64,000 nucleotides of DNA from Candidatus Bathyarchaeota archaeon (GCA_963706285.1 CAVPLU010000012.1:109344-173343), one strand, 5' to 3'; positions 40,980 to 53,337 are shown, counted from the stretch's first letter. The notes: generated by a model from the sequence alone, not told the origin. Made by a program: numbers and translations.

Positions 40980-42770
40980 TTAGGAGTCAGTACCGTCTGG
41001 TAAGGGGGTTCCGAGCGTCAAGAACGGGCAGGATCTTTCTAGGTAGGCTCTCAGTTTGTCGACGAGCGTATCAATGGGAGTTCTTACTTGTTTCCATGTC
41101 ACGCGATCCCGGAGCGTGACCGTCTCATCGCTCAGGGTTTGGTAGTCGATCGTCACGCCGATTGGAACGCCGATCTCATCGGCTCTAGCGTATCGTCTTC
41201 CGATCGTCCCACTCTCATCGTAGTCAACTTCGACCTTGGCGCGGCGGAGCATCTCGCACACTGACCGAGCTTTCACATCTAGACCATCTTTTGCCATCAG
41301 CGGGAATACAGAAGCTTGGATTGGTGCAATGTCGATTGGAATGTTGAGGACAACCCGGTCCTTCACTTGCGTGTACGCATATTCAAGAGCCGCATATAGG
41401 AGTCTTTCAGCACCGAAGCTTGGTTCTACTACTTTCGGCACGAATCTTCTGCCTGACTCCTTGGTTTCTATCCAGTCGAATCTTACATGTTCTGGAAGTA
41501 TCTTGAACCCGTCTGCCGCGTAGAACCCCTTCTCTTTGATCGATTGTTCGACATCCCCACTCTTGGCGCTCTCAATCAACTTCCTAACAGTCGCAGCTTG
41601 CCCTCTGAACGCGGGTCCTATAGCCGAATCAATTGGACGTGCAACTCTCTCTTTGCGGATCACTGGTTCGTCGTACTTCTTGAATACCGTGAGATCGGAG
41701 CCTGATCCTTTGATGTGACTTGACAGGTCGTGGTCTGACCGGTTGGCGTGACCTGCCACTTCAACCCATCCCCACCGATCCAACAGAACCTCATGATCGT
41801 ACGTCTGAGAGGAATAGTGTGCACGTTCGGTTGGCGACTTTTCCTGAAAACGCTGATTTGCGGCAGGTATCCCCAAGTCTGACATGAATTGCTGTGACAA
41901 ACCCATGAAATATGCAGACCATTCAGATAGAATGAATTTCTTTTCGAGGGCTTGCCTGATCGTCGCTGTGGTTGGTTCCTCAATTCCTTTGTCTCGAAGC
42001 TGGAGCGGGAGAATCTGAACCTCCTTGTTCGCTACTTCATCGAGATATGGACATGATTGCTCTTCAGGATCGTAGAATAGCTCGAACTCCATGATTGTGA
42101 ATTCTCTAAGCCTTATTGGGCCCTGACGCGGGGAGATCTCGTTCCTTAATGCGGTTCCGATCTGGGCAATAGCAATGGGCATCCTCTCTCTGAGCGACTC
42201 GTATACCCGTTTGAAATCCACGAACATGCCCTGAGCAGCTTCGGGCCGGCCATAGGCTACTGAATCGCTGTAAGGTCCAATTGTGGTTCGGAACATGGTG
42301 GAGAAGTGTTCTGGTTTGGAGAGTTGACCGCCACATTCGACGCATCTGATCTGCTTTTCCTTGATTGCTTGCTCTATTTCCGAAAGCGAGAAGGCTTCTG
42401 CCTGAATGTTGGCGGCCTCTTTCAGTAGGCTATCGGCTTTGAATCTGCGCTTACAGTTCAGGCATGCAACCATCGAATCCTTGAATTGGGCCACATGCCC
42501 CGAGGCTTCAAGGATACGCTCAGGAGTTATGATGGGTGTGGATATCTCGACGAAACCGTGCTTCCGAATAAACGTGTCGAGCCATTTCTCAATGATCCGT
42601 CTCTTCATGATCGTTCCAAGCGGTCCGAGGTCGAGAAACCCGCTGACTCCACCATAGATTTCAAACGATGGCCAGAAAAGACCTCGTCTCCTTGCCAGAT
42701 CTGCGACCATTTCATACTTGTCCAGTTTCGCCATGTCGTCCATGTCACTGCCTTGAGTTGTTCGCGGCAT
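40980..42770 (-). CDS. glyS: glycine--tRNA ligase (archaeal/eukaryal homodimeric type)
   Basis: RRGLFWPSFEIYGG, RPEAAQG, RNEISPRQG..RLREF, EPSFG, IGRRYARADEIG. Confidence 0.96.
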   Translation of the reverse strand: MPRTTQGSDMDDMAKLDKYEMVADLARRRGLFWPSFEIYGGVSGFLDLGPLGTIMKRRIIEKWLDTFIRKHGFVEISTPIITPERILEASGHVAQFKDSMVACLNCKRRFKADSLLKEAANIQAEAFSLSEIEQAIKEKQIRCVECGGQLSKPEHFSTMFRTTIGPYSDSVAYGRPEAAQGMFVDFKRVYESLRERMPIAIAQIGTALRNEISPRQGPIRLREFTIMEFELFYDPEEQSCPYLDEVANKEVQILPLQLRDKGIEEPTTATIRQALEKKFILSEWSAYFMGLSQQFMSDLGIPAANQRFQEKSPTERAHYSSQTYDHEVLLDRWGWVEVAGHANRSDHDLSSHIKGSGSDLTVFKKYDEPVIRKERVARPIDSAIGPAFRGQAATVRKLIESAKSGDVEQSIKEKGFYAADGFKILPEHVRFDWIETKESGRRFVPKVVEPSFGAERLLYAALEYAYTQVKDRVVLNIPIDIAPIQASVFPLMAKDGLDVKARSVCEMLRRAKVEVDYDESGTIGRRYARADEIGVPIGVTIDYQTLSDETVTLRDRVTWKQVRTPIDTLVDKLRAYLERSCPFLTLGTPLPDGTDS

Positions 42771-42850
42771 CTTTGATTTGTGACGAGACTTAAGCGTAGT
42801 GCAGCAAGTACAGTGCTCGTGGCACCCACATAACCGTCGTTGAGTATTCT

Positions 42851-43267
42851 CTACTGCGCTCGCAGTTCCGTACGGGCAAGTTCAACAAGACAGCGAAAGA
42901 ACTTCTCGCCTCTCTTCGGTCCAGTGCCTATTCCTGAACAATCCAAGTCCACTCCGATTTCAAGCGAGTCGGTTCCTGAGGGACGAATGCAGAATGGGTA
43001 GAATCGACAGATGAGAGGCCTTGCTCTATAGATGGAGCATGTTGAGCCTCGAAGGAAGATGCATCTTCCCTCTCGTTTCCTAATCTTCCTGGTGTATGGC
43101 GCCGGCGCTCGCGTTGATACGCTGAACTCCCTAGCCGTCAGCTTTGTCGCGTCGGTGATCCGCTTGACGTCAAATGGGGCAAGCAGCACGTTTCTTTTTC
43201 GCCCTGGAAGATCACTGCACGAGTTTGTGCATCGAACGCAGACCCACCGAACGCACGCAGGATATCT
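42851..43267 (-). CDS. YkgJ-family cysteine-cluster protein (start not resolved)
   Basis: WVCVRCTNSC in frame upstream of the called ORF; CIFL...CSIYRARPLICRFYPF. Confidence 0.85.
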   Translation of the reverse strand, partial: RYPACVRWVCVRCTNSCSDLPGRKRNVLLAPFDVKRITDATKLTAREFSVSTRAPAPYTRKIRKREGRCIFLRGSTCSIYRARPLICRFYPFCIRPSGTDSLEIGVDLDCSGIGTGPKRGEKFFRCLVELARTELRAQ

Positions 43268-43448
43268 AACCTTTCCCTCTTTCGAGTTGAAATTGGCCGA
43301 GGATCGTTGCTGAGGATCTGGAACTACGAGAGTTGCTTCGAATCAGATGATCCAAGCTCGAGCCTTCGACCGGCATGTTAGTGCGTTTTGTGGGGAGATA
43401 TGATCAGAAGAGGAGTCATGTTCGGTGGCGAGGTGGGTCTGGCAGGAT

Positions 43449-43625
43449 CTATCTTGCCTTGACTCGCTTCACGACGGGCGGTCTCACTTTCTTCAGGACT
43501 CGGTAGCCGCAGAATGGGCATTTTGTTTCCGGAGTCATAGCCAACTGATCTAGAGTGAGCTTCTCACCGCAGCTGATGCACTGATACAGTATTCCTGTGG
43601 GAGATTGTTCTTTCTCTTCGCCCAT
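43449..43625 (-). CDS. rpoP: RNA polymerase subunit Rpo12 (P)
   Basis: YQCISCG...CPFCGYRVLKKVRPPVVKRVKAR. Confidence 0.93.
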   Translation of the reverse strand: MGEEKEQSPTGILYQCISCGEKLTLDQLAMTPETKCPFCGYRVLKKVRPPVVKRVKAR

Positions 43626-43792
43626 CGCGATCACTGGAAGACACCGCACGCAGGTTAGATTAAAGTGTTGATCAGCAGGTCTCGACGTACTCGATCACGT
43701 GATTCGATTGGGAAGTCCTGCTAAAGCTCGATCTTTCTTGACCGTTGCTCATGCAAATCTACTGGCGTATCTCTCTCGGTTTCAAGCGATGC

Positions 43793-45937
43793 TCATTCGC
43801 GTTTGCTGTGCCAAACGACGACTGCCACTATTGCGAGCAGTGCCACTGACAGGGCCCCAGTTATCAAAGGCTCTTCCCTGGATTGCAGAATCATCGGCGC
43901 GAATAGCAGTGAGATTAGGTTGATCACTTTGATCATGGGGTTCAAGGCTGGTCCCGAAGTATCCTTCAATGGGTCACCGACAGTGTCACATGTCACGGCG
44001 GCTTTGTGCTCCTCGGAACCTTTGCCGCCGTAGAATCCATCTTCAATCTTCTTCTTTGCGTTGTCCCAAGCTCCTCCAGAAGTTGCCATGAAGACTGCGA
44101 GCAATTGCCCCGTGACTATGATCCCGGCGAGGAATCCTCCGAGGGCCGCTTCTTTCAGCAGGAAGCCGAGCGCGATTGGCGTCAGGATAGCTAGCAGAGA
44201 AAGGCTGAAGAGCTCTCGTTGGGCCGCCGATGTGCATATGCTAACCACTCTTGCATAGTCCGGAGGTTTAGTTCCCTCAAATACTCCAGGAATCTTGAAC
44301 TGGGCACGGACTTCTTGCACTATGAGGGAGGCTGCGCGTCCGACCGCTCGAATTGAGATCGAACTGAACAGGAACGGGAGAGCCCCTCCGATTAGCACAC
44401 CTACAAGCACTATTGGATCTGCAATATTCACGCCGACTTTCTGCAGGCCAGTAGTTTCTGTGTAGGCACCGAAGAGTGAAACCGCTGCAAGGACGGCTGA
44501 GGCTATTGCGATCGACTTTGTAACTGCCTTGGTTGTGTTGCCGGCGGCGTCCAGATCAGCCATAATCTGTCGCGCTTCAGGCTCCAACTGCGCCATCTCT
44601 CCGATCCCATTAGCATTGTCGACGATGGGACCGTACGTGTCCATTGAGACATTGTTTCCCGTCAGCGTCAGCATGCCGATTCCTGCAAGTGCGACTCCAT
44701 ATATCGCAAAGATTGTGGAAGAACCTGTGAAGAAGAGAACTGACGCTACGATCGTTATCGCAATCACCAAGAGCCCCCAGACAGTTGCCTCAAATCCGAT
44801 GGCTAGGCCTTCGAGGATCTCGGTCGCGGCTCCAGTCTGAGAGGACTTCGCCAGTCGATCGATCGCACGTTTTCTCGGATTCGTGAAGTGATCGGTAATC
44901 TTGTTGAAACATATCGCCAGCAGCACCCCTACTGTCGTTGCAAGAAAGACCCGGTAGTCGTGAACGTAGAGCTCTGCTAAGACGAAGAAGCTGGCAATTG
45001 AGATCCCAGCGGACAGATCGTATGAAAGGTCCATTGCCTTGAAGGCGTCGCCTTTCGTCATGCTATCCGGCCAAAGTGAGACCGCATAGGTTCCAATTAT
45101 CGTGCTAACGACTCCAATGCCACGGACAAGCAGTGGGAATAGTATCCATTTGATGTCGAATGGCGTAAGGGCAAGGCCTAGGATCATGCATGAGACTATG
45201 GTGACTTCATAGGATTCGAATATGTCAGCAGCCATTCCAGCACAGTCCCCAACGTTGTCGCCCACTAGATCTGCAACAACGGCCGCGTTTCTGGGGTCAT
45301 CTTCAGGGATATTCTTCTCAACCTTCCCGACAAGGTCTGCTCCGACGTCGGCGGCTTTGGTGTATATGCCTCCGCCGACTCGCATGAACAACGCAAGCAA
45401 GGTGCCTCCGAACCCGAATCCCAGGAGAACTTCGGGGGCAGATTGACGGTATATCATGAAGATCATGGTTCCTCCGAGAAGCCCGAGTCCGTCCGTTAGC
45501 ATGCCCGTTATCGTGCCCGACCGGTAAGCGATTTTGAGGGCATCACGGAAGCTCCGTCTCGCTGCCGATGCGACTCTAACGTTTCCTCTTACGGCCATGT
45601 TCATGCCCAAATATCCAACTGAGGCCGAGAAGACCGATCCCATCAGGAAGGCACCAGCTCTGCCGATGGAGATATTGAATGGGCCTCCTACAAGGGCTGA
45701 AGTCAGATAGAGCACAATCGTCAGAATAGCGATGAAGGGTATAATGGATCTCAGTTGTGTTCTCAGGTAGGCATTGGCGCCGTTCAGTATCGCCTGCCAG
45801 ACTTCTTTCATTTTGCCTGAACCGGAATCTTGTCGCAGAATCTGACGCGCGAGAAGCATTGCGTAGATCAGAGCCGCTACTGCAATTGCCATGACGCTCC
45901 AAAGCGCCATTTCCTCAAATGACCATGCCAAAGCCAT
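43793..45937 (-). CDS. hppA: membrane pyrophosphatase, K+-independent H+-pumping type
   Basis: GGGIYTKAADVGADLVGKVE, DNVGDCAG, GGAWDNAKK; GNTTKA signature. Confidence 0.95.
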   Translation of the reverse strand: MALAWSFEEMALWSVMAIAVAALIYAMLLARQILRQDSGSGKMKEVWQAILNGANAYLRTQLRSIIPFIAILTIVLYLTSALVGGPFNISIGRAGAFLMGSVFSASVGYLGMNMAVRGNVRVASAARRSFRDALKIAYRSGTITGMLTDGLGLLGGTMIFMIYRQSAPEVLLGFGFGGTLLALFMRVGGGIYTKAADVGADLVGKVEKNIPEDDPRNAAVVADLVGDNVGDCAGMAADIFESYEVTIVSCMILGLALTPFDIKWILFPLLVRGIGVVSTIIGTYAVSLWPDSMTKGDAFKAMDLSYDLSAGISIASFFVLAELYVHDYRVFLATTVGVLLAICFNKITDHFTNPRKRAIDRLAKSSQTGAATEILEGLAIGFEATVWGLLVIAITIVASVLFFTGSSTIFAIYGVALAGIGMLTLTGNNVSMDTYGPIVDNANGIGEMAQLEPEARQIMADLDAAGNTTKAVTKSIAIASAVLAAVSLFGAYTETTGLQKVGVNIADPIVLVGVLIGGALPFLFSSISIRAVGRAASLIVQEVRAQFKIPGVFEGTKPPDYARVVSICTSAAQRELFSLSLLAILTPIALGFLLKEAALGGFLAGIIVTGQLLAVFMATSGGAWDNAKKKIEDGFYGGKGSEEHKAAVTCDTVGDPLKDTSGPALNPMIKVINLISLLFAPMILQSREEPLITGALSVALLAIVAVVVWHSKRE

Positions 45938-46177
45938 GCCCACCCCTTGTTTGTGAAAGTTCCACGTTCCACTGATTTGGTTCCATAAAAGCTCTTCTTG
46001 GTCTGGCACTCTTGCCGATCAGCAAATGCGGTCTGAAGCCCAGAACGCTTCCTGGAGATGAGCACCTTGAGTCTTCAGCGCAGTAAGCCCTCGGCCCAAT
46101 TCGTTCTAGATCATTGAAGGGTCTTATCTAGGCGAGGAATATGATTCGAGAAGATTCGACATCGATTCGTGATTGGC

Positions 46178-46952
46178 ATGAGATACGACGTGAGAATCCT
46201 CGGGCTGAAAGGCTTTCCACTGGTGAAACCCGGTGATGACATCGCGAAGCTAGTGATAAGGAGAGCAAGATCCCTTGGCATCTCAATCGCTGATGGCGAT
46301 ATCCTCGTGATCGGTCACAAGATAATATCGAAATCGGAAGGCCGAGTGGTTAGCCTAGCTGGGAGTCAAACCTTCTATTCGCGCGGCCAAGATCGCTAGA
46401 AGATGCCTAAAAGATCCTCGGCTTGTGGAACTCATTCTCAGCGAGTCACGCCGCATCATAAAGGTCGAACCCAAGATACTGTTGGTTGAAACGAAGCATG
46501 GGATTGTCTGCTTGAACGCTGGCATCGACAAGTCCAACGTGGAGGGCCCCGATACGTACTGTCTTCTTCCGAAGAACCCGAAGCTTTCCGCCTCACGTAT
46601 TGCCAGGCGGATATTGGCGCAGACAGGAAAACGCATTCGGGTTGTCGTCACTGATACATATAGCAGGCCATTCAGGACGGGACAAAGCGAGTTCGCGATC
46701 GGCGTCAGCGGACTCGATCCATTCGTAGACTACCGCGGAACCAAGGACTTGTTCGGAAACATCTTGAGATTCAAACGTGTCTCGATCGCTGACGAGCTCG
46801 CTTGCGCTGGAGAACTTGTAATGGGTCAAGGCTCGGAAGGCGTACCGGTGGCAATCATCAAGAGCGCTGACAGAACCGGGGGGCGCAAACGTAAGGCTGG
46901 TTCTCGACTTACGATGCAGAGAAACCGAGATCTTTTCCGAGGGGCACTTTGA
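46178..46952 (+). CDS. cofE: coenzyme F420-0:L-glutamate ligase, frameshift near 46365
   Basis: PLVKPGDD, HKIISKSEGR, NAGIDKSN, TDTYSRPFR, ADELA. Confidence 0.9.
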
Positions 46953-47058
46953 AGCGTCAGAACGGTCGTCCTGAGAATAATCGGAAACCATTTAAGATTC
47001 CAGCCATCCTCACGCGTCCCTATTCTGAGCCGAGCATCGTAGATCTAAGTGATCGGAT

Positions 47059-47316
47059 TTGAGTGAAATCCCGGAAGACAAGTACCAGGTCGATGTGGTG
47101 GAGGTCCCGAAGGCGATCCCTGCACCCAAGGAAAGCCTCGAGGCGATCAAGGGCGCAGTGAAAGGGAAGGCCTTAGCCAAGATGAAGAAGGAGGCTGTAG
47201 ATTGCCCAGTCAAAGGCAAGAGAGTATCATTCGTTGAATGTTTCACTTGCTCCAACTTCAATAGACGGGTTAGAGGCAAAGTCGGTTGCGCAGGCCTACC
47301 TCTGAATGCATCATAG
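47059..47316 (+). CDS. small Cys-containing hypothetical protein
   Basis: VDCPV...VECFTCSNF...VGC; TATA-like TTTAAG upstream. Confidence 0.65.
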   Translation: MSEIPEDKYQVDVVEVPKAIPAPKESLEAIKGAVKGKALAKMKKEAVDCPVKGKRVSFVECFTCSNFNRRVRGKVGCAGLPLNAS

Positions 47317-47401
47317 AATGGATGCTTCGCATGCGATTGATTGAAAGAAAAACAACGGAAGTTGACGCACCGAAACCTTCGGTGACTACCGCGAGAGGCG
47401 T

Positions 47402-47626
47402 CTACTTGACGACCTCACCGGTTGCAAATCTTGGACCAACCTGAGTTATGCGCACCTTAACGTGCTCACCAGGCTTGGTCTCGGGCACGAAGATGACGAA
47501 ACCTTCCACGCGGGCGACTCCGTCGCCTCTGCGGCTGGTCTCTTTGATGTCAACCTCGTACTCTTTGCCCTCTTCAACTGGCTTGTTGAAGGATCTGCCA
47601 CCGGATCCACTTTCCTCGGAACTCAA
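47402..47626 (-). CDS. single TRAM-domain RNA-binding protein
   Basis: KPVEEGKEYEVDI...RGDGVARVEGFVIFVP; SD GAGGTGA before TTG 47626. Confidence 0.93.
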   Translation of the reverse strand: MSSEESGSGGRSFNKPVEEGKEYEVDIKETSRRGDGVARVEGFVIFVPETKPGEHVKVRITQVGPRFATGEVVK

Positions 47627-47870
47627 CAGATTCACCTCACGTCACAGTCGTTCTACGCTAGGACAGGGAAAAGGAGCGTCGGCCTACACGCATACACGTT
47701 ACGGCTAACAGCCAGCCTTCCACCGTAGACCTAACAAGATCGGCCATGGCTCACAGATGTCTTATAAGTATTTTCAGATCGATTTGACACGCACGACTGT
47801 GACACGTTCGGAGACGCACGGCTAAAAGGACGAGTGCGCCATCTCAAACAATCCATCGTGCTGAATCCAA

Positions 47871-49707
47871 ATGCACAGGCAACCATACGATCGAAATGCG
47901 GAACACACCACGGAGGAGCGCTCCGATCGCTCAGATGAAGCCCCGAGGATTGCTGTGGTTACGCCTGCCTACAAAGAGGAAAAAAATCTTACACGTGTTG
48001 GGGCGAGCGTGTTGGCGCAGAGTCTTAAGCCTAATCTGTGGGTTATTGTTGACGACGGAAGTTCGGATGGGACCTCTCGCATAGCGAACAAGCTGGCAGA
48101 AGGACAAGGTTGGATCAGCGTCACCAAAAAGGAAAGGGATAGTGGAATTACTGACGGGAGCTTTACAGCTTTCAGTTTTGGCGTCAGCAAGATTGGATTC
48201 GACTGGCATTACCTCATGAAATTGGATGCCGATACGGCGCTCCCGCAAGATTTCCTCACTCGACTTGTTGAGAGATTTGAATCGAACCCAGATCTTGGGA
48301 TCGCCAGTGGTGTCTGTGCCGGAGAGCCCGGGTTGGGTTCGCACCCGCGCGGGAACAACAGGATGTATCGGCGCGAGTGTTGGGATGAGATCACTTTTCC
48401 GGACGGACGGCTTCGGCTGGGATACCGTCGATGAAGCATTTGCGAGACTGAACGGATGGAAGGCTGTCGCATTTGACGATCTTGTATGCGAGCACATGAG
48501 GTCGAAGCTTCTTGACGCGGACTACAGGTTCCATCAGGGGAGGCTAAGCCGACACGTAGGTTACTATTGGTGGTTCGCAACTGGCAGAGCAATCAAGATG
48601 CTCGCCTCCTTCGGCCCGGTAGCCTCGCTCGCCTATTTCGCCGGTTATCTGAGAGGGGGCTTCGATCACGTCAATCGATCGGTCAAACAGGCAGTCAGGA
48701 CCGATCAACGCCGCCGTGTGATGAACGCCTTGGGGTTCAAATCAAGGTCGCCCGTGCGAGCAAATGCATACGTGCCGCGCTTGGACGGCCATGATCCACT
48801 GATCGCTGTGGGAATGCCAACACTTAATCGAGCGAAATATCTTCCAGGGGCTCTTGATGCCCTGCACAATGTCTCATATCCGCGAGATAGAATGCGTTTG
48901 ATCTTCGTAGATGGTTATTCAACAGATGAGACATACCAAATCCTTCAGGATTTCCGCAAACAGCATGGCTCCGAATACAAGGACATCGTGCTCCTTCAAG
49001 AGAAGGGAAACATACCGGCGGCTCGCAACTTATGCATTCGAAACATCGGAAGCGCAGAATTCCTCGTCTTCGTCGACAGCGATGTTATCTTGACGCCAGA
49101 CTCAATCAGTAGACTAGTCGGTCTTTCTAGCGTGGGACAGATCGCGTCCATTTTCTACAGTAGCTTCAGCTATCAGCGACCAGCAGCGACGGTGAAGTAC
49201 GTTCATACGGTCGGCATGGGTTGCACGCTTCTAGGGAGAGCGGTCATAGACAAAGTTGGCTTTTTTGACGTGACGCTTCCCGTCAACGAAGATACGGACT
49301 ACTGCCTCCGTGCGAATGCGTCTGGGTACAAGATCGTACAGGACACAACCGTCCAACTGCTCCACCAAGAAGAAGGGAGATATCGCCCTGAGCAGACAAT
49401 TCGCCAGAGCATCAAGTACCGACGCGTATACGCGAAGACCTTCAGGCTGGGAATATATCGGAAACGGCTTGTCTTGTACGCCGCACTTGATGCCGCAACC
49501 ATCTTGGGCTTTCTACTGCACCCTCTCTTCTTTGCAGCGATCGGTGCTTACTTCGCTGCTCAGTTGGCAAGGCGTCGGAATCTGAAGCTAGCTTTCTATC
49601 TTACGGTCAATAGCCTCATCATTGCACCTTTGGCTCTTGTAGGCCTCTTTGAGAGGGGGCTCTCTCGGCCCCAGTCCAGCGACGTGGACAACCATGGAAA
49701 GACTTGA
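47871..49707 (+). CDS. two-domain GT2 glycosyltransferase with C-terminal TM helices; frameshift near 48400
   Basis: Domain 1: VTPAYKE, VDDGS, LDAD. Domain 2: MPTLNR, VDGYS, VDSD, NED. Confidence 0.8.
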
Positions 49708-50458
49708 CATCGTCGTCTGTACGAGGAACAATGAACCAACCTTACGACAGAGCCTCCAAAGGATCCTCTCCTACGGAGCCCCCGCTCGACTGATAGTCGT
49801 TGACGGCAGATCAACAGATCGAACCACCGAAATAGCCACGGATATGGGCGCTCAAATCTACAGCGACAAAGGAAGGGGACTAGGATATGCTCGCAATATG
49901 GCCCTTCAGCTTGTGCAGACTCCAGTTTTTGGGTTCGTTGACGCGGACGCTTTCATACCGAAAAACTGGACAGATCTGCAGAGACACATGACAGATCCGA
50001 CAGTAGCGGCAGCAAGTGCCACCACAATATATGGATACGGAAATCCACCGCTGCAGAGATTCCACGAGTGGATGGCAACAAGAGGTTCGGAGGACGTGGG
50101 TTTCGTCAGTACGATTGTCAGAAGAAACGCGTTCCTAAAGGCGGGTGGAATCCGAGAGGATCTGACGGCGTATGAGGACTGGGAACTTTATGGCCGACTC
50201 AAAGCGCTCGGACTCAAATGGATCTCCGATAGAAGCGTGGTAACCTATCACCCGCAGACCATGCTATCGTTCCTGTCCCACGCACGGCGGTGGGGATCTG
50301 GAGCAAAGCGGAGCGGAGTCGACGCAACAAGATTCGTGCGACCCTTGTTGACAAGCCCGTTTTGGGGGGTCAGAATGGCCGCTCGGGTGCATCCAATTCA
50401 CGCGATCTACTACCCGCTCCTTAGACTCTCTTATCTCGTCGGATACATAGAAGGTTGA
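49694..50458 (+). CDS. GT2 glycosyltransferase
   Basis: VVCTRN, VDGRSTD, ARN, VDAD, YED. Confidence 0.88.
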   Translation: MERLDIVVCTRNNEPTLRQSLQRILSYGAPARLIVVDGRSTDRTTEIATDMGAQIYSDKGRGLGYARNMALQLVQTPVFGFVDADAFIPKNWTDLQRHMTDPTVAAASATTIYGYGNPPLQRFHEWMATRGSEDVGFVSTIVRRNAFLKAGGIREDLTAYEDWELYGRLKALGLKWISDRSVVTYHPQTMLSFLSHARRWGSGAKRSGVDATRFVRPLLTSPFWGVRMAARVHPIHAIYYPLLRLSYLVGYIEG

Positions 50459-50497
50459 AAGATAGACCAACAGACACGCACTAGGTAACAACAGGGG

Positions 50498-51660
50498 TTG
50501 TCAGCAAACGCCCGACAGACTTGTAGTTCATGCACCAATGAGCGTCATGGGAGGCGCCGAACTCGTAAGCGCCTACATTGTGAAGACTCTAGTTGAGACC
50601 GGATTCCCTCTGACGCTCCTTTCCGACTCCTGGAACCCGAAACTGATCGAGGAAAGATTCGGCGTTAGCATATCGGGGAATGTTGCTTGGAGAAAGTTGG
50701 AGACCGCAGACTTCGTTCCCAGCCTTCGCTTCGCCAGTGCATATCAGAGACTGCAATTCATGCGATCTAGGCAATCGAAAATCGACAGCACCATAAACGA
50801 TCAATATGACCTTGTTATTGATACTCATAATGGGTGGGATCTGCCTCGTTCAGTGCCCTCAGCTCGCAAAATCATCTACTTCCATGAAATTCCAGTTTTC
50901 AAGAGACCGCACGGATTGTTCTGGAACTTGTATTACTCACCTGCTGAGAGCATGTTTCGAGACTTCATTCGAGAAAATTCTGGATGCAGAAGCAATCTGT
51001 AACAGCAAATATACGAAGCAGATGCTACATGACGCCTACGATATCGAAGGGACTGTAATCTATCCACCAGCGAATGTTGAGTTCTTCGCGGAAGTCGCGG
51101 ATCTGGAGCCGAGGGAGGATAGATTTGTCGTTTTGGCAAGATTCAGCGTAGAGAAGAGACTCGTCTCGGCCATCGAGGCACTTGGAAGGATAATGAATAC
51201 AGTGCCCACTGCAAGATTGTCATTAGTAGGCGCCACCGGTAGCAGAAGCTCTGCCCAAGCCTTGAATGAGCTAAGCAGAGCCATGCGTCAGCATGACCTG
51301 GCCGAACGCGTGTCGATTATCAAGGATGCGGATCTAACTTCAGTGCGAGAAATCCTGTCGAGGAGCAAGGCAATCGTGTCAACTATGCATGATGAACCAT
51401 TTGGCACAGCGATCGTTCAAGGAATGGCGGCAGGATGCGTACCGATCGTGCACAAGAGCGGCGGACAGTACGAGGATGTTCTCGACCATGGAAAGTACGG
51501 GCTCACCTACGAAGATGACCAAGAACTAGCTGAGAAGATCAAAACAGTTCTCATGGATGAGAAACGCAGACTTCAATTGAAAGAGCAAGCCCGAACCCGC
51601 GCGTCCATGTTTACCACTGAACGTTTCTCGAGTCAGATGCGGGAAAGGTTTGCAGAGTGA
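50498..51660 (+). CDS. GT4 glycosyltransferase (ALG11-like), frameshifted
   Basis: GGAE, CNSKYT, VIYPP, RFSVEK, EPFG..IVQGMAAG. Confidence 0.85.
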
Positions 51661-52657
51661 GCCACTCCAAGATCATTCACATCGGCAACATAGGCAATAT
51701 CGGACCGCACCTGGTGAATGAACTACGCAGACGAGGATATGATGCACTGAGCGTTGGGTATGGCAGAACCGACTGGCCCCACGCCCTCATCCCTACTGAT
51801 CTCCAGTTCCAGAGCACAAATTGGAGAGAGTTCTATTCGGTTGTGAGAGAACTCTCTGAAGACTACCAGATAGTACACATCCATTACTGCCATGTGAGTC
51901 CATCGGCGACTGCGATCCTGTTGAAGCTGCTTCACCACAAGATCGTGGTTATGCATGCACATGGAAACGATGTTAGGTTCAGTCTCGGCCGCGCCACACC
52001 GGTCAGAAACCTAGCTATGAGGCTGGCGGATAGGGTCATCGCCTCAACACCGGACCTACTCGAACACATCCCCCGAAACAAAGCCGAATTCTTAGGACAA
52101 CCTGTGAATCTGGACATCTTCAAGCCGACCCCGTCGGACCTCTACGCAAAGCTTCACGACGGAGTGGATTTCGTCTTGTTTCACCCAGTTGACCCCAAGA
52201 ACAAGTACACGACTTGGATCAAAGGAACACACCATGTACTTGAGGCCATGCAGTCGCCTCGAAAAAGAGTACAGTCGTCAGATTGATCATGACGCGAGAC
52301 ATCCTGTACTCAGACATGCCAAAGTTCTATAGCGCCGTTGACGTGGTCTTGGACCAATTCTTCTACGGAAGCCTCACCAATGTTGCGCTTGAGACGATGG
52401 CATGCGAAAGGCCTTTGGTCACCGATTTCAGGCACTATGAATCCTACACGATGAAACCACCATGCCTACCCGCAAGATCCGGCGACAAAATTCATGATGC
52501 CGTAGCTTCGATTCTTGATGACAAATCGTTGCGCCTCCGTCTCGGTCGCGAAGGACGAGAATTCGTATCCGCTGAACACAGCATCCAACACATTACAGAT
52601 AGACTATTGCTCATCTACAACCGGATACTAGGTCGAATTGCCTCGCTCGAAACCTAA
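51657..52657 (+). CDS. GT4 glycosyltransferase, frameshift near 52270
   Basis: VHIH, HAHGND, STPDL, KG, DVVLDQF...ALETMACERP. Confidence 0.85.
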
Positions 52658-53114
52658 CTTGCTCAAGTGAGCCACTATCTCGTCGGGTCGTTTGAAACTG
52701 AATCGTAGAAAACCGAACGGAATGTGCACATCTCTAAGCGACACATTCAGACGACAATCCACGTCAAGTCTTGAGCAGGCCTCTGTGAACCATCTTGGCG
52801 TTAAAGAACGATACGTGATGAGGATCACGAAGCGCATTCACGGAATAGCGATGCGGCGTCCTGATCTCAATATCTTGACTCGACACACGAACCAACTCCA
52901 TGAGCAGCCCAAACGGATCGTTTGTATGTTCGATCACGTGATGGCAGAGCACCTTGTCGAATGTGCCGTCACGGAATGGCAGATGCTTGCCGTCACAGAA
53001 TATGTCCGCCGTTGTGGGTACGCCTTCACGACCAAGGGCTTTGACATGCGGAAACAGGTCGATGTTGACATCTCCCTTCGGTTTGTCGCCGCAACCTACA
53101 TCCAGAATGATCAC
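52628..53114 (-). CDS. class I SAM-dependent methyltransferase, frameshift near 52795
   Basis: ILDVGCG, LPFRDGTFD, HVIEH, DPHH. Confidence 0.82.
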
Positions 53115-53337
53115 AGACACCTCATAGCTACGACTCATTCTTCTGCTGATGCAAAACGAACATACAATCGTGAACTCTTCACTGCTTACCAGCCATTCCA
53201 AGTGGTGCATCATTCGTTTGAATCGGACGAATAGTGCGAGGTTCAGCTTGATAAGATAGGTTGCTTTCTCGCAAAATCACCACACGCTTTCCCAGTTGGC
53301 GGCCACGAGCTATCGGGTTGAAAAGAATCGTCTATTC

